Of a stretch of 64,000 nt of DNA, positions 33,525-46,970 are shown in pieces. Numbering within the stretch: position 1 is the stretch's first letter; the number at the start of each line of letters is the position of its first letter. The stretch is from Lysobacterales bacterium (GTDB lineage: Bacteria; Pseudomonadota; Gammaproteobacteria; Xanthomonadales; SZUA-5), in contig JALHMH010000001.1 in NCBI GenBank assembly GCA_022844165.1, forward strand, positions 192,001 through 256,000, in the 5' to 3' direction. The position numbers were made by a program, and so were the translations under genes. Under the pieces are notes generated by a model that was not told where the DNA came from, searched no databases, and was given only the letters and a program-made list of their open reading frames with translations.

Positions 33525-33718
33525 TGAACGCGAATGAACTTCGAAAGAAAACCGCATCCGAGCTGTCTGAACAGCTTCTGGAGTTGCGTCGTGAGCAGTT
33601 CAATCTGCGCATGCAGCGCGCGCAGGGCCAACCGGCCAAGCCGCATATGACCAAGCGCGCACGCCGCGACGTGGCGAGGGTGAAGACCGTCCTCGCGGAA
33701 ATGCAGAGGAAAGGGTAA
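33524..33718 (+). CDS. rpmC: 50S ribosomal protein L29
   Basis: [20 protein letters not shown]. Confidence 0.96.
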   Translation: MNANELRKKTASELSEQLLELRREQFNLRMQRAQGQPAKPHMTKRARRDVARVKTVLAEMQRKG

Positions 33719-33721
33719 GCC

Positions 33722-33994
33722 ATGAGCGAAGTGCAGCAAGCTGCGACCAAAAAAGCGCGCCCGCTGGTGGGGGTCGTCGTCAGCGACAAAATGCAGAAGA
33801 CGGTCACCGTTCTCGTTGAGCGCCAGGTGCGACATGGTGTCTACGGGAAGTACATCCGCCGATCCACCAAGTTTCATGCACATGATGAAATCGGCGCCAA
33901 GCAGGGCGATACGGTCACCATCGTTTCGTGTCGTCCGTTATCGAAGACCAAGAGTTACACGGTCACCGAAATCGTGCGCCGGTCGGGCGAATAA
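33722..33994 (+). CDS. rpsQ: 30S ribosomal protein S17
   Basis: [16 protein letters not shown]. Confidence 0.97.
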   Translation: MSEVQQAATKKARPLVGVVVSDKMQKTVTVLVERQVRHGVYGKYIRRSTKFHAHDEIGAKQGDTVTIVSCRPLSKTKSYTVTEIVRRSGE

Positions 33995-34006
33995 TAGGAG
34001 CACGTC

Positions 34007-34375
34007 ATGATTCAGATGCAGAGCACGTTGGCTGCGGCCGACAATAGTGGCGCAAAAGAACTGATGTGCATCAAGGTGCTGGGTGGTAGCAAACGCCGCT
34101 ATGCACATATCGGTGACGTCATCAAAGTGTCGGTACGCGATGCAATTCCTCGCGGCAAAGTGAAGAAAGGCGAAGTCTACGACGCAGTGGTTGTGCGCAC
34201 ACGCAAAGGAGTGCGTCGCCCTGACGGTTCTTTGGTCCGTTTTGATGGAAACGCAGCCGTTTTGCTGAATAACAAGCTCGAGCCGATTGGCACGCGCATC
34301 TTTGGACCTGTGACGCGCGAACTGCGCTCCGAAAAGTTCATGAAGATCGTGTCGCTGGCGCCGGAAGTACTGTAA
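34007..34375 (+). CDS. rplN: 50S ribosomal protein L14
   Basis: ADNSGAK, SLAPEVL. Confidence 0.98.
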   Translation: MIQMQSTLAAADNSGAKELMCIKVLGGSKRRYAHIGDVIKVSVRDAIPRGKVKKGEVYDAVVVRTRKGVRRPDGSLVRFDGNAAVLLNNKLEPIGTRIFGPVTRELRSEKFMKIVSLAPEVL

Positions 34376-34387
34376 GGATCGAACGCT

Positions 34388-34720
34388 ATGAACCGCATTC
34401 GCAAAGGTGACCAGGTAGTGGTCATCACAGGCAAAGACAAAGGCCGAAAGGGCGCCGTTACTCGCGTCGCGGACGATGGCCGAATTTTTGTCGAAAACGT
34501 CAACGTCATCAAGCGTCACACGCGCGCAAACCCACAGGTCAATCAACCAGGTGGGATTATCGAGCGTGAGGCAGCCGTTGACGCTTCCAATGTAATGTTG
34601 CTCAATCCAAAGACCCAGAAGGGTGATAGGGTGAGCTTCAAAACGATCAAGAACGACGCTGGCATTGAGCGCAAGGTACGGGTGTACCGCTCAACTGGCG
34701 AAGTGGTCGACATCGTTTAA
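34388..34720 (+). CDS. rplX: 50S ribosomal protein L24
   Basis: KOW motif [14 protein letters not shown]. Confidence 0.97.
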   Translation: MNRIRKGDQVVVITGKDKGRKGAVTRVADDGRIFVENVNVIKRHTRANPQVNQPGGIIEREAAVDASNVMLLNPKTQKGDRVSFKTIKNDAGIERKVRVYRSTGEVVDIV

Positions 34721-34733
34721 AGGACTTTTTGCC

Positions 34734-35270
34734 GTGACCAGATTGCAAGAGCATTACCGCCAGAACGTTCCCGCATTAATGGCGAGACTTGGCTACGAAA
34801 ATCCGATGCAAGTGCCGCGTCTGTCCAAGATCACGTTGAATATGGGCGTGGGTGAATCGGTTCAGAACAAGAAAATTCTTGAGAACGCGCTCGACGATAT
34901 GTCCAAGATTGCGGGCCAGAAGCCCATTGCGACCTTGGCGAAGAAGTCGGTTGCCACATTCAAGATTCGCGACGGTTGGCCGATAGGATGTAAGGTCACG
35001 CTGCGCCGCGAGCGGATGTATGAGTTCCTCGACCGCCTGGTCAATGTGGCGCTGCCCCGGGTTCGCGACTTCCGCGGGTTGTCGGGTCGGGCCTTCGATG
35101 GCCGGGGCAACTACAACTTTGGTATCAAAGAACAGATCATCTTCCCCGAGATCGACTTTGATCAGGTTGATGCCTTGCGTGGTATGGACATTTGCATCAC
35201 GACCACAGCCGGTAGTGACAAGGACGCCCGTGCCTTGCTCGAGACTTTTGGCTTTCCCTTCCGCAACTGA
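34734..35270 (+). CDS. rplE: 50S ribosomal protein L5
   Basis: GTG start; [17 protein letters not shown]. Confidence 0.97.
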   Translation: MTRLQEHYRQNVPALMARLGYENPMQVPRLSKITLNMGVGESVQNKKILENALDDMSKIAGQKPIATLAKKSVATFKIRDGWPIGCKVTLRRERMYEFLDRLVNVALPRVRDFRGLSGRAFDGRGNYNFGIKEQIIFPEIDFDQVDALRGMDICITTTAGSDKDARALLETFGFPFRN

Positions 35271-35285
35271 TCAGGACCCACGACG

Positions 35286-35591
35286 ATGGCTAAGACCTCC
35301 ATGGTGAACCGCGAGATCAAGCGCGCAAAGCTGGCTAAACGCCACGGAGCAAAGCGGATCGAGCTTAAGAAAGTCATTAGCAGCCCAACGGCGAGCTATG
35401 AAGAGAAAATGGAAGCTCAAACCAAGCTGCAGAAACTGCCGCGCGATTCCAGTCCAAGTCGTCAGCGCAACCGCTGCGCTTTGTCTGGTCGTCCACGAGG
35501 TGTGTACCGCAAGTTCGGACTTGGGCGCAATAAGCTTCGTGAGGCTACGATGCGCGGCGATGTGCCTGGCCTTCGCAAGGCCAGCTGGTAA
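35286..35591 (+). CDS. rpsN: 30S ribosomal protein S14 (long, non-zinc-ribbon form)
   Basis: 101 aa; [20 protein letters not shown]. Confidence 0.97.
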   Translation: MAKTSMVNREIKRAKLAKRHGAKRIELKKVISSPTASYEEKMEAQTKLQKLPRDSSPSRQRNRCALSGRPRGVYRKFGLGRNKLREATMRGDVPGLRKASW

Positions 35592-35615
35592 CAACTAAGG
35601 AAAGAGGCAAACGCC

Positions 35616-36014
35616 ATGAGCATGACCGATCCAATTGCTGACATGTTGACGCGAATTCGCAATGCGCAAGCGATGGCGAAGCCGTCTGTGCAGCTTCCGG
35701 CCTCCAAGGTCAAACTGGCAATCGCGCAGCTACTCAGAGATGAGGGCTATGTTGACGATGTCGTTGTCAATGATGCAGGTCCCGGCAAACGGACGTTGAG
35801 CTTGAAGCTCAAATATTTCCAGGGAAAGCCTGTGATTGAAAAACTTGAGCGCGTCAGCCGACCTGGCCTGCGTAAGTTCCGCGGCAAAGATGCACTCCCG
35901 ACTGTATTGAACGGCTTAGGTTTGGCAATCGTCTCGACGTCAAAGGGAATGATGACTGATTCCAAAGCGCGCGCCGAAGGATTAGGCGGCGAAGTCATCT
36001 GCCTCGTGGCCTAA
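35616..36014 (+). CDS. rpsH: 30S ribosomal protein S8
   Basis: [20 protein letters not shown]. Confidence 0.98.
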   Translation: MSMTDPIADMLTRIRNAQAMAKPSVQLPASKVKLAIAQLLRDEGYVDDVVVNDAGPGKRTLSLKLKYFQGKPVIEKLERVSRPGLRKFRGKDALPTVLNGLGLAIVSTSKGMMTDSKARAEGLGGEVICLVA

Positions 36015-36030
36015 CGCAAAAGGACTTGTC

Positions 36031-36558
36031 ATGTCACGTGTAGCGAAGAAACCCGTCACTCTGCCCAAGGGCGTTGAGTTGACGAACAAGGATGGCGCAA
36101 TTTCCATCAAGGGTCCCAAGGGAACTCTGTCTTTAGCGCAGCCCGCTGGCGTCGCGCTGACTGTCGATGGTTCGAGTGTCCAGATAACAACCAGCGACCC
36201 GGCCGCTAACGCTTTGGGTGGTACGTTGCGAGCGTTGTTAGCCAACTGTGTGACTGGCGTCACGCAGGGATATGAACGGAAGCTCGAACTTGTGGGTGTT
36301 GGTTATCGTGCTGCAATGCAAGGCAAGGATCTGAATCTGACGTTGGGTTTCTCTCATCCGGTCGTTTTCAAAGTGCCAGCGGGGGTCACGATCGAGACTC
36401 CTACGCAAACAGAGATATTGATCAAGGGTGCCGACAAACAGTCGATCGGACAGGTCGCAGCAAAGATTCGCGCATTCCGCCCGCCTGAGCCCTACAAAGG
36501 CAAGGGCGTGCGGTACAGCGGTGAGAAAATCACGTTGAAGGAAGCGAAGAAGGCCTAA
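36031..36558 (+). CDS. rplF: 50S ribosomal protein L6
   Basis: [16 protein letters not shown]. Confidence 0.98.
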   Translation: MSRVAKKPVTLPKGVELTNKDGAISIKGPKGTLSLAQPAGVALTVDGSSVQITTSDPAANALGGTLRALLANCVTGVTQGYERKLELVGVGYRAAMQGKDLNLTLGFSHPVVFKVPAGVTIETPTQTEILIKGADKQSIGQVAAKIRAFRPPEPYKGKGVRYSGEKITLKEAKKA

Positions 36559-36594
36559 CGTGCTTTCTCGCCGATGAAGCTCTAAGGACAAGTC

Positions 36595-36957
36595 ATGGCC
36601 AAAGTGGACAAAAAGGAAGCTCGTTTGCGCCGCGCGCAAGCGACACGGCATCGGATTCGGGAACTGGCGGTTCCGCGGCTGACCGTTCATCGTTCTGGAC
36701 AGCATATTTACGCGCAAGTGCTGGCTCCGAATGGATCGAACGTGTTGGCAGCGGCTTCGACAACACAGGAGTCGGTTAGCAATGGGCTGACCGGCACCAA
36801 GAACAAGGCGGCCGCTGCCGCAGTCGGCCGTGCCGTTGCAGCCAAGGCGCTTGCCAATGGCGTGACAGCTGTGGCCTTCGATCGCTCTGGATTCAAATAT
36901 CACGGTCGCATCCAGGCGCTTGCCGACGCGGCCCGCGAAGCTGGCCTGAAGTTCTAA
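36595..36957 (+). CDS. rplR: 50S ribosomal protein L18
   Basis: [11 protein letters not shown]. Confidence 0.98.
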   Translation: MAKVDKKEARLRRAQATRHRIRELAVPRLTVHRSGQHIYAQVLAPNGSNVLAAASTTQESVSNGLTGTKNKAAAAAVGRAVAAKALANGVTAVAFDRSGFKYHGRIQALADAAREAGLKF

Positions 36958-36993
36958 CCTTAAGCGCTTGGCGCCCGAACGGAATTAAGATTC

Positions 36994-37509
36994 ATGAGCA
37001 TTGAAAACGAAAGTTCTGATGGCCTGTTGGAGAAATTGGTCGCCGTCAATCGAGTGGCCAAAGTGGTCAAGGGCGGTCGTCAGTTCGGCTTTACCGCGCT
37101 GACCGTCGTCGGCGATGGCAACGGCAAGGTTGGAATCGGCTATGGAAAGGCTCGCGAGGTACCGGCAGCGATCGCCAAAGCCATGGATCGTGCTCGCCGT
37201 AGCATGGTTCGCGTCAGCTTGAACGGTGGTACCTTGTGGTACGCAACGCATGGCACACACGGAGCAGCGAAAGTCTTTATGCAGCCAGCATCGGACGGCA
37301 CCGGCGTCATCGCGGGTGGGGCGATGCGAGCAGTGTTTGAAGTGGTTGGCGTGCAGAATGTATTGGCAAAGGCCTTTGGCTCGCGTAACCCGATCAATCT
37401 GGTTCGCGCTACGATCAAGGGCCTTTCGAACATGGCATCGCCGGGCGAATACGCAGCGAAACGCGGGAAGCGCCTGGAAGATCTGACGGGGAAGACCGAT
37501 GAGCAGTAA
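36994..37509 (+). CDS. rpsE: 30S ribosomal protein S5
   Basis: [18 protein letters not shown]. Confidence 0.98.
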   Translation: MSIENESSDGLLEKLVAVNRVAKVVKGGRQFGFTALTVVGDGNGKVGIGYGKAREVPAAIAKAMDRARRSMVRVSLNGGTLWYATHGTHGAAKVFMQPASDGTGVIAGGAMRAVFEVVGVQNVLAKAFGSRNPINLVRATIKGLSNMASPGEYAAKRGKRLEDLTGKTDEQ

Positions 37510-37684
37510 CAGCACAATCAAAGTCACTCTGGTTAAGAGCCCGAACAGCACGCCTGAGCGTCACCGCCTGTGCGTTAAAGGGCTGGGTCTGAAGCGTCTT
37601 AACCACACCGTCGAGCTGAAAGATAGCCCGAGCGTGCGTGGTCTTATCAATAAAGTGAATTACCTCGTCCGCGTCGAAGGCTGA
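37499..37684 (+). CDS. rpmD: 50S ribosomal protein L30
   Basis: KVTLVKS...GLGLKR; position. Confidence 0.95.
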   Translation: MSSNSTIKVTLVKSPNSTPERHRLCVKGLGLKRLNHTVELKDSPSVRGLINKVNYLVRVEG

Positions 37685-37709
37685 GCCGCTACGCGAACTG
37701 GAGTTATCG

Positions 37710-38147
37710 ATGAAACTGAATTCAATCAAACCTGCCGAAGGCAGCAAGCGTGAACCGCGACGCGTCGGTCGTGGAATTGGGTCCACATTGGGCAAGACCT
37801 GTGGACGCGGGCACAAGGGTCAGTACGCTCGCGCCGGAAAAGGTAAGGTGAAGGCAGGTTTTGAGGGCGGTCAGATGCCCTTGCAGCGTCGTCTGCCCAA
37901 AGTCGGATTTCGATCCAAGCTGGCGGCAGAAACTGCCGAAGTCCTCTTGTACAGCTTGTCGAAAGTCGCGGGCGATGCCGTCACTCTGGAATCGCTGCGT
38001 GCCGCTCATCTGATACCTGCTGCCACAAAAAAGGCGCGTATCGTCAAACAAGGGGAAGTAACGCGTGCGCTGAAAGTTGGTGCCGGCGTTGTCTGCACCG
38101 CGGGTGCGAAAGCGGCGATCGAAGCGGCCGGTGGATCGGTGGAGTAA
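37710..38147 (+). CDS. rplO: 50S ribosomal protein L15
   Basis: [16 protein letters not shown]. Confidence 0.98.
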   Translation: MKLNSIKPAEGSKREPRRVGRGIGSTLGKTCGRGHKGQYARAGKGKVKAGFEGGQMPLQRRLPKVGFRSKLAAETAEVLLYSLSKVAGDAVTLESLRAAHLIPAATKKARIVKQGEVTRALKVGAGVVCTAGAKAAIEAAGGSVE

Positions 38148-38153
38148 GACGCC

Positions 38154-39491
38154 TTGGCCAAACCTACGCCAACAACCCCAGGTAGCGGCAAGCTCAGTGA
38201 GCTTCGCCAGAGGCTGCTTTTCGTACTCGGCGCGATCATCGTGTTTCGAGCCGGGAGCTTTATTCCGGTTCCGGGGGTCAATCCTGAGCAATTGCTGGCG
38301 CTGATGGAGTCCCAAAAGGGCACGATTATTGACGTCTTCAACATGTTCTCAGGCGGAGCATTGGAGCGGTTCTCAGTACTTGCTTTGAGTGTCATGCCGT
38401 ACATATCGGCATCGATCATCGTCCAAATTATGTCCACAGCCGTGCCATCCATGCAGGCCCTACGTAAAGAGGGTGAGGCAGGACGACGAACATTGAACCT
38501 GTATACCCGTTGGGGAACGCTCGGTCTGGCGATCTTTCAAGCATTCGGGGTGGCATTTGCGCTGCAACAGCAGGGCGGAAACGTCGTTATTTCCCCGGGT
38601 GTCGGCTTCATCGTCACTGCTGTCATCAGTTTGACGGCCGGGACGATGTTCCTGATGTGGCTCGGTGAACAAGTTACCGAACGTGGTATTGGCAACGGTA
38701 TCTCGTTGTTGATTTTTGCGGGCATTGTGGCCGGATTTCCTGGCGCCATTGTCTCCACAGGTGAGCTGGCGAGCACCGGTCAAATCCAGTTTCTCACTAT
38801 CGTCTTGGTGATTGCGATTGTCGTCGGTGTCACTGCGTTTGTTGTTTTCTTTGAGCGTGCGCAGCGGCGCATTACTGTCAATTACGCTCGAAAGATGGCG
38901 GGCCGTCAGGGATACTCTAACCAAGCGTCGCACTTGCCACTCAAACTGAATATGGCAGGTGTGATCCCACCTATCTTCGCTTCGAGTTTGATTCTGTTCC
39001 CGGCCACTGCAGCGACCTGGTTCGGGTCTGGTGAGGAGGCTCGTTGGCTACAGCGACTGGCTGCAATGCTGGGGCCCGAACAACCCTTGCATATGCTGCT
39101 ATACGGCGGCCTGATATTCTTCTTCGCATTTTTTTACACTGCGCTGATGTTCAACTCGCAGGAAACTGCGGACAACCTGAAGAAATCGGGTGCCTTGATT
39201 CCTGGAATCCGTCCGGGCAAGGCAACCGCAGACTACGTCGATGGTGTCATGACACGACTCACGGCCGTCGGCGCTGTGTACTTGGTCGCGGTCTGCCTGC
39301 TGCCCGAGATCATGCGTATCTACTTCAGCGTGCCGTTCTACTTTGGCGGGACATCCCTGCTGATTGTTGTAGTTGTCGTAATGGACTTCATGGCACAGGT
39401 GCAAGCACATCTGATGTCCCATCAGTACGATAGCCTGCTGAAGAAAGCAAACCTCAAAAACGTTGGTCGTGGCGGTGGTTTGCTGAAGTGA
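38154..39491 (+). CDS. secY: Preprotein translocase SecY
   Basis: [27 protein letters not shown]; TTG start. Confidence 0.98.
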   Translation: MAKPTPTTPGSGKLSELRQRLLFVLGAIIVFRAGSFIPVPGVNPEQLLALMESQKGTIIDVFNMFSGGALERFSVLALSVMPYISASIIVQIMSTAVPSMQALRKEGEAGRRTLNLYTRWGTLGLAIFQAFGVAFALQQQGGNVVISPGVGFIVTAVISLTAGTMFLMWLGEQVTERGIGNGISLLIFAGIVAGFPGAIVSTGELASTGQIQFLTIVLVIAIVVGVTAFVVFFERAQRRITVNYARKMAGRQGYSNQASHLPLKLNMAGVIPPIFASSLILFPATAATWFGSGEEARWLQRLAAMLGPEQPLHMLLYGGLIFFFAFFYTALMFNSQETADNLKKSGALIPGIRPGKATADYVDGVMTRLTAVGAVYLVAVCLLPEIMRIYFSVPFYFGGTSLLIVVVVVMDFMAQVQAHLMSHQYDSLLKKANLKNVGRGGGLLK

Positions 39492-39595
39492 AGCTGTATC
39501 GATTGCGCTCGGGTTGCCGTCTTTGGGCGTGCGCGATCGATTTCGACCTGTTACCATAGGCGGTTCAGAATCGCCAGATTTCGTGGAGATAGAGC

Positions 39596-39952
39596 ATGGC
39601 CCGTATTGCGGGAGTGAACATTCCGGTCAACAAGCACGCCTGGATCGGCTTGACCAGTATTTATGGCGTTGGTCGCAGTAGTGCGCGAAAGGTATGCGCC
39701 GGTGCGGGCGTCAATCCGGCCACGAAGGTTAAGAGCCTGACAGAAGCGGAAGTTGAGCGTCTGCGTGCAGAAGTGGGCAAACTGACGGTCGAAGGCGACT
39801 TGCGTCGTGAGGTCGCGATGAGTGTTAAACGGCTGATCGATCTGGGTTGTTACCGTGGATTGCGTCACCGTAAGGGACTCCCGATGCGTGGACAGCGAAC
39901 GCGAACCAATGCACGCACCCGCAAGGGTCCCCGCAAGCAAATCAAGAAGTAA
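39596..39952 (+). CDS. rpsM: 30S ribosomal protein S13
   Basis: [21 protein letters not shown]. Confidence 0.98.
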   Translation: MARIAGVNIPVNKHAWIGLTSIYGVGRSSARKVCAGAGVNPATKVKSLTEAEVERLRAEVGKLTVEGDLRREVAMSVKRLIDLGCYRGLRHRKGLPMRGQRTRTNARTRKGPRKQIKK

Positions 39953-39988
39953 GCCCCAGTCGGCGACAGAAGAAACCAGGATTCGAAT

Positions 39989-40387
39989 ATGAGTAAGCCG
40001 GCCGCAGCTGCGGGTAAAGTCAAGAAGAAGATCAAGCGGTCCGTGTCTGACGGGATCGCCCATGTGCAGGCATCTTTCAACAACACCGTCATCACGATCA
40101 CTGATCGGCAGGGTAACGCGTTGAGTTGGGCGACGTCTGGCGGCGCCGGGTTTCGAGGCTCTCGCAAGAGTACGCCATTCGCAGCCCAGGTTGCAGCTGA
40201 AAAAGCAGGGAAAGTAGCGGTTGAATATGGCGTCAAGACGCTTGAAGTGCGCATCAAGGGACCCGGCCCAGGCCGAGAGTCTGCGGTGCGTGCGCTCAAT
40301 GCGCTGGGGCTCAAAGTCACCAACATCCTCGACGTCACGCCGATTCCGCACAACGGCTGCCGGCCGCCGAAGCGTCGACGCGTGTAA
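39989..40387 (+). CDS. rpsK: 30S ribosomal protein S11
   Basis: [22 protein letters not shown]. Confidence 0.98.
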   Translation: MSKPAAAAGKVKKKIKRSVSDGIAHVQASFNNTVITITDRQGNALSWATSGGAGFRGSRKSTPFAAQVAAEKAGKVAVEYGVKTLEVRIKGPGPGRESAVRALNALGLKVTNILDVTPIPHNGCRPPKRRRV

Positions 40388-40407
40388 TTCCAAGGAAGGA
40401 TTGAATC

Positions 40408-41034
40408 ATGGCTCGTTATCTCGGCCCCACCTGCAAACTCGCGCGTCGCGAAGGCACCGACCTCTTTCTTAAGAGCCCTGCGCGACCGCTGGATAAAAAG
40501 TGCAAGCTGGAGCAAAAGCCTGGGCAGCATGGCGCTGCCAAGAAGGCAAAGAATTCGGACTACTCGACGCAGCTGCGCGAGAAGCAGAAAGTCAAGCGGA
40601 TGTATGGCGTTCTAGAGCGTCAGTTCCGCCGCTATTACGCTGAAGCGAGTCGCCGCAAGGGCGCAACGGGTGAAAACCTGTTGCAACTTCTGGAGACGCG
40701 TCTTGACAACATAGTTTACCGCTTGGGTTTTGCTGTGACGCGTGCTCAGGCGAGACAGATGGTCGCTCATCGCGGCGTATTGGTGAACGGGAAGTCGATC
40801 AATTTGCCCTCGTATCAGTTGAAGGTCGGAGATGTCGTCGCCCTGGCTGATCGCGCCAAAGAGCAATTGCGCGTCAAAGAAGCGCTGACGATCAGTGCCG
40901 ACATGGATCTCGCCCCGAGCTGGCTTGAGGTCGATGCGGGCAAGGGTCAAGGCATGTTCAAGCAGTTGCCGGAGCGCAGCGACTTGTCGGCCGAGATCAA
41001 TGAGAATTTGATCGTCGAGTTGTATTCGAAGTAA
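40408..41034 (+). CDS. rpsD: 30S ribosomal protein S4
   Basis: [17 protein letters not shown]. Confidence 0.98.
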   Translation: MARYLGPTCKLARREGTDLFLKSPARPLDKKCKLEQKPGQHGAAKKAKNSDYSTQLREKQKVKRMYGVLERQFRRYYAEASRRKGATGENLLQLLETRLDNIVYRLGFAVTRAQARQMVAHRGVLVNGKSINLPSYQLKVGDVVALADRAKEQLRVKEALTISADMDLAPSWLEVDAGKGQGMFKQLPERSDLSAEINENLIVELYSK

Positions 41035-41052
41035 TTTAGGCGAGGTCAGTCA

Positions 41053-42048
41053 ATGGCGTCTGCAACGAACTTGCTGCGTCCGCATAACCTGGTAGTCGAG
41101 AATGGCGGCGATAAACGCGCCCGCGTAGTTCTCGAGCCGCTGGAACGCGGATTCGGTCACACACTGGGTAACGCGCTGCGGCGCGTATTGCTTTCCTCGA
41201 TTCCCGGTGCGGCAATCACCGAAGTTGAGATTGATGGCGTACTTCACGAATACAGCACCATTGAGGGTGTCCAAGAGGATGTCGTCGAGATTCTGTTGAA
41301 TCTGAAGGATGTCGCGGTGCGTCTGCATAACGTCGAGCAGACCACAGTTCACGTCGCTCGCAAGGGACGGGGTCCTTTGACTGCAGGGGACATCACAACG
41401 GACCACAACGTCGAGATCGTCAATCCCGATTTGGTCATTTGCACGTTGACTAAAGACGTGTCGGTTTCGATGCGCTTGAAGGTGGCTCGCGGCGTTGGAT
41501 ACGAACCGGCTAGCAGCCGTCGCCTGCCTGAGGACGAAGCCCGGCCGATCGGACGTTTGCAAATCGACGCCACCTACTCACCCGTTCGGAAGGTTGCGTA
41601 CTCTGTCGATAGCGCTCGCGTCGAACAACGTACCAATCTTGACAAGTTGGTGTTGGAAGTCGAGACGGACGGGACGGTCGATGCGGTGGATGCCGTCAAG
41701 CACGCTGCCGGGATCCTTGTCGATCAGTTGGGTGCTTTCGTCGACGTGACTCGCCGTGAGGCAGAGCGTCCGGTAGCTGGCCGCTCGGAAGTCGATCCTG
41801 TCCTGTTGCGTCCGATCGACGATCTGGAATTGACCGTTCGATCTGCCAATTGTTTGAAGGCAGAGAGCATCTATTACATCGGCGATCTGATCCAGCGCAC
41901 GGAAGTCGAGCTGCTGAAGACGCCGAACCTCGGCAAAAAGTCGCTGACCGAAATCAAAGACGTTCTCGCCGCGCGTGGTTTGTCGCTCGGCATGAAGCTG
42001 GAAAACTGGCCACCGCCGGGTTTGGCAACAAGCGGTTTTGGCGGCTAA
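41053..42048 (+). CDS. rpoA: RNA polymerase alpha subunit
   Basis: [27 protein letters not shown]. Confidence 0.99.
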   Translation: MASATNLLRPHNLVVENGGDKRARVVLEPLERGFGHTLGNALRRVLLSSIPGAAITEVEIDGVLHEYSTIEGVQEDVVEILLNLKDVAVRLHNVEQTTVHVARKGRGPLTAGDITTDHNVEIVNPDLVICTLTKDVSVSMRLKVARGVGYEPASSRRLPEDEARPIGRLQIDATYSPVRKVAYSVDSARVEQRTNLDKLVLEVETDGTVDAVDAVKHAAGILVDQLGAFVDVTRREAERPVAGRSEVDPVLLRPIDDLELTVRSANCLKAESIYYIGDLIQRTEVELLKTPNLGKKSLTEIKDVLAARGLSLGMKLENWPPPGLATSGFGG

Positions 42049-42069
42049 GAGAATCAGGAGTAGACAATC

Positions 42070-42450
42070 ATGCGTCATCGTAATTCCGGCCGCGCCTTTG
42101 CGCGCACCAGCGCGCATCGCCAGTCGATGTTCCGCAATATGACCAACTCGCTTTTTCAGCACGAGTTGATCAAGACCACCCTGCCGAAGGCGAAGGAACT
42201 GCGCCGATTTGCCGAGCCTCTCTTGACGCTCGCGAAACAGGACGGCGTTGCGAATCGTCGCCTTGCCTTTTCGCGCCTGCGCGACAAGTCAATCGTGGGT
42301 AAGCTATTCGTAGAATTGGGTCCACGCTACCGTGCTCGTCCGGGCGGGTACTTGCGTATTCTCAAGTGCGGCTTTCGCGACGGTGATAACGCGCCGATGG
42401 CTTACGTCGAGTTGGTCGATCGTCCGCGCGCAGCGGCCGCTTCCGAATAA
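42070..42450 (+). CDS. rplQ: 50S ribosomal protein L17
   Basis: [12 protein letters not shown]. Confidence 0.98.
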   Translation: MRHRNSGRAFARTSAHRQSMFRNMTNSLFQHELIKTTLPKAKELRRFAEPLLTLAKQDGVANRRLAFSRLRDKSIVGKLFVELGPRYRARPGGYLRILKCGFRDGDNAPMAYVELVDRPRAAAASE

Positions 42451-42474
42451 CGACGAACTTTGGCGTTGTTCAAG

Positions 42475-42501
42475 AAAGCCGCGCTCGTCGCGGCTTTTTT
42501 T
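42475..42501 (+). terminator. Rho-independent terminator of alpha operon
   Basis: AAAGCCGCG-CTCGT-CGCGGCTTTTTTT. Confidence 0.85.
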
Positions 42502-42519
42502 GTCTTTTGGAGGATGAAT

Positions 42520-43032
42520 ATGCTCCACTGGTTGAAGTTGCCACGCGCCGTATTCGGCGCCGTCGCGGCCTGCGGGGTCGCGCTGCTCGGATACGCCTAT
42601 TACTCTCAATACGTGCTCGGACTCGAGCCATGCCCGCTATGCATGTTTCAGCGAATCGCGATGTTTGCTGTTGTTCTCTGGGCGCTGCTCGCCGCCGTCC
42701 ACGGCCCGAAAACTTGGGGATGGAGAGTCTATGGCGCTGGTGCGCTGTTGCTCACTGGCACTGGTGCAGGTCTGTCCGCCTGGCACGTTCGGCAGCAAAT
42801 GCAGCCGCCGGATCTGATGGGCACTTGTGCACCTCCCCTGGATGTACTGGTCCAAGGTGTGCAGTTCGGATCGATCAAGTTCGGCGACATGCTTGCGCGA
42901 GTGCTTGAGGCCAAGGGCGATTGCGCGAAGGTGGACTGGACGTTCCTTGGTCTGAGCATGCCTGCCTGGGTCTTTGTCTGGTTTGCCATCATGGGCACGC
43001 TCATGGTCTATAGCGCATTCTCGCGAAAGTGA
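42520..43032 (+). CDS. dsbB: Disulfide bond formation protein B
   Basis: EPCPLCMFQR, second Cys pair, WTFLGLSMPAW; GGAGG RBS. Confidence 0.93.
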   Translation: MLHWLKLPRAVFGAVAACGVALLGYAYYSQYVLGLEPCPLCMFQRIAMFAVVLWALLAAVHGPKTWGWRVYGAGALLLTGTGAGLSAWHVRQQMQPPDLMGTCAPPLDVLVQGVQFGSIKFGDMLARVLEAKGDCAKVDWTFLGLSMPAWVFVWFAIMGTLMVYSAFSRK

Positions 43033-43215
43033 AGTGCAAGGTCGCTGCTTCGCCGCGTCGTCGATTGACTGATCGACAAAGTCAAACGCGAATCGCCGAT
43101 CGAGTACGATAAGTGGGCAAGCAGCTCTCCAGCGTTGTGCATTGCAGTACCTAGAAAGCTCGTCTACAGTCGGAGATATCGTAATCTCCGACTGAACGCC
43201 GTGAAGTTTGCCGCC

Positions 43216-44586
<1,371 letters not shown>

Positions 44587-44672
44587 TGCAGTTTGTGGCA
44601 GTCGGGACCAGCTTCAGGTTCCTCTGCAGCGCGCACACCTAAAACCACAAGCGAATCGAACCAGGATTCAAC

Positions 44673-46424
44673 ATGACCGAGCAACTCACCGGTGCCCAAA
44701 TCGTCGTCCGTGCGCTTCAAGACCAGGGCGTCGAGCACATTTTCGGATATCCCGGTGGCGCGGTTTTGCCGATTTACGATGCGCTCTTTCAACAGGACAG
44801 CATCGAGCATGTGTTGGTTCGTCATGAGCAAGGTGCGGCGCATGCGGCGGAAGGTTATGCGCGCTGTACCGGAAAGGTAGGTGTGTTGCTCGTCACCAGC
44901 GGGCCTGGTGCAACCAACGCAGTCACCGGTTTGGCCGATGCGATGATGGATTCGATCCCACTGGTCGCGATTACCGGGCAGGTGCCGACACATCTTATTG
45001 GCACCGATGCGTTCCAAGAGTGCGATACCGTTGGGATCACGCGTGCCTGCACCAAGCACAACTTCCTGGTGCGCGATGTCAATGAACTGGCGCGTGTGCT
45101 GCACGATGCGTTCTACATCGCCTCCACGGGACGGCCCGGCCCGGTGGTCGTGGATATCCCGAAGGACGTGCAGTTCAAGCGTGGTGACTATCAGAGCAAG
45201 AGCAACATCGTGCATCGCACGTATCGCCCGCGTGTGGAAGGCGATGCGCAGCGCATTGCCCAGGCCGTGGCGCTGATGGCCAGTGCGCGGCGGCCGGTGT
45301 TCTATACCGGTGGCGGCGTGATCAACTCCGGTACGCAAGCATCTAAGCTGCTGCGCGAATTGGTACGCATCACGGGCTTTCCGATCACATCAACATTGAT
45401 GGGCCTGGGCGCCTATCCGGCGAGCGACCGGCAATGGCTCGGCATGCTCGGCATGCATGGTACCTATGAAGCCAATCTGGCGATGAATCGCTGCGATGTG
45501 ATGATCAACATCGGGGCGCGATTCGATGATCGCGTGACGGGTCGATTGGACGCGTTTTCGCCAGCATCGAAGAAGATCCATGTCGACATTGATCCATCGT
45601 CGATTAACAAAACCGTGCGTGTGGACGTGCCGATCGTAGGCGATTGCGCGAACGTACTCGAAGCAATGATCGAAGCCTGGAAGACGTTGCCTCAAAAGCC
45701 CGATGTCGCCACGTTAACCGCGTGGTGGGCGCAAGTCGACGCGTGGCGCGCGCGCCGATCGTTGGCTTACGTCCAAGACGGTGACACGATCAAACCGCAA
45801 TACGCCGTTGAGCGCCTGTACCAGCTGACGAAAGGCCGCAAGACCTACATCACCACCGAAGTGGGCCAGCATCAGATGTGGGCCGCGCAGCATTACCACT
45901 TCGAAGAGCCGAATCGCTGGATGACCAGCGGTGGCTTGGGCACGATGGGCTACGGCATTCCGGCCGCTGTCGGTGTGCAAACCGCGCATCGCGACGCGCT
46001 GGTGATCGACATCGCCGGCGAAGCCTCGGTGCTGATGACCATGCAGGAAATTTCGACCGCCGTGCAATATCGGCTGCCGATCAAGATTTTCATCTTGAAC
46101 AACGAATACATGGGCATGGTGCGCCAGTGGCAGCAGTTGCTGCACGGTGGTCGCTACGCACACTCTTACTCGGAAGCCCTGCCGGATTTCGTCAAGCTTG
46201 CTGAGGCCTACGGCGCCAAGGGCATTCGCGCGATCAAGCCGTCCGAACTCGACGCCGCGATCCAAGACATGATCGACTTCGACGGGCCTGTCATTTTCGA
46301 CTGCGTCGTGGACAAGATGGAAAACTGCTACCCAATGATCCCTTCCGGTGCTGCGCACGACGAGATGATTCTTCCCGATGCAGTGCATGCAGGTGTGTCG
46401 GAAGCGGGGAAGATGTTGGTATGA
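44673..46424 (+). CDS. ilvB: Acetolactate synthase large subunit
   Basis: FGYPGGA, RHEQGA, TSGPGATN, SGGLGTMG, GMVRQWQ. Confidence 0.95.
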   Translation: MTEQLTGAQIVVRALQDQGVEHIFGYPGGAVLPIYDALFQQDSIEHVLVRHEQGAAHAAEGYARCTGKVGVLLVTSGPGATNAVTGLADAMMDSIPLVAITGQVPTHLIGTDAFQECDTVGITRACTKHNFLVRDVNELARVLHDAFYIASTGRPGPVVVDIPKDVQFKRGDYQSKSNIVHRTYRPRVEGDAQRIAQAVALMASARRPVFYTGGGVINSGTQASKLLRELVRITGFPITSTLMGLGAYPASDRQWLGMLGMHGTYEANLAMNRCDVMINIGARFDDRVTGRLDAFSPASKKIHVDIDPSSINKTVRVDVPIVGDCANVLEAMIEAWKTLPQKPDVATLTAWWAQVDAWRARRSLAYVQDGDTIKPQYAVERLYQLTKGRKTYITTEVGQHQMWAAQHYHFEEPNRWMTSGGLGTMGYGIPAAVGVQTAHRDALVIDIAGEASVLMTMQEISTAVQYRLPIKIFILNNEYMGMVRQWQQLLHGGRYAHSYSEALPDFVKLAEAYGAKGIRAIKPSELDAAIQDMIDFDGPVIFDCVVDKMENCYPMIPSGAAHDEMILPDAVHAGVSEAGKMLV

Positions 46425-46942
46425 GTTGGATCGCGGTCACCACGCTTTTGGCGCTTGGCGCCGATTGCGGCGAACTAAAAATTGATGCCGAACAAGCGCG
46501 TGCGATTTTTCGCGTTACCATTGCACAGCAGAGCCCCGAACCCAAACGGTATCTTGGTCGCGCACTGGAGCCGAGATTTCGGTGCGAAGAAGGGCGCGGC
46601 GTGTGGATCATCAGCTCTCATGGTCCGAGCGGCAGCTTCGACGATTCCGAATTGGTCGTGATTGATGCAAATTCGGGGCGTGCCGATCATGCCACGGCCC
46701 CCTGCGCTGCCCCGCTGGCTCTAACGGCAGATCAAGCCCGAACGATTGCGGTGCAATTTGGCGAAGCCAACTCGGTTCGTTGGTCAGAATTTCATGAACG
46801 GTTTCTTCGTTCGCACTGCCGTCAAGGCGCGGCGCCGCACTGGCTGTTCTCCGCCATGCATCGTTCGCTCGCGCCCGATACGATGTTGCTCATTCAAATC
46901 GACGACGGCACCAGCGTCGCGTCAGACGTTCCTCAAGGCTAG
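46421..46942 (+). CDS. Hypothetical exported protein with two PepSY-like repeats
   Basis: ATGA overlap with ilvB; hydrophobic N-terminus; two internal repeats. Confidence 0.6.
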   Translation: MSWIAVTTLLALGADCGELKIDAEQARAIFRVTIAQQSPEPKRYLGRALEPRFRCEEGRGVWIISSHGPSGSFDDSELVVIDANSGRADHATAPCAAPLALTADQARTIAVQFGEANSVRWSEFHERFLRSHCRQGAAPHWLFSAMHRSLAPDTMLLIQIDDGTSVASDVPQG

Positions 46943-46970
46943 TCGCCGCTCAATCACAATTGGCATTCAC

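Noticed and set aside
39492-39595. rpmJ between secY and rpsM
   Set aside because: The gap is only 104 bp with no L36-like ORF; its absence here is usual for xanthomonads, so it is not novel.
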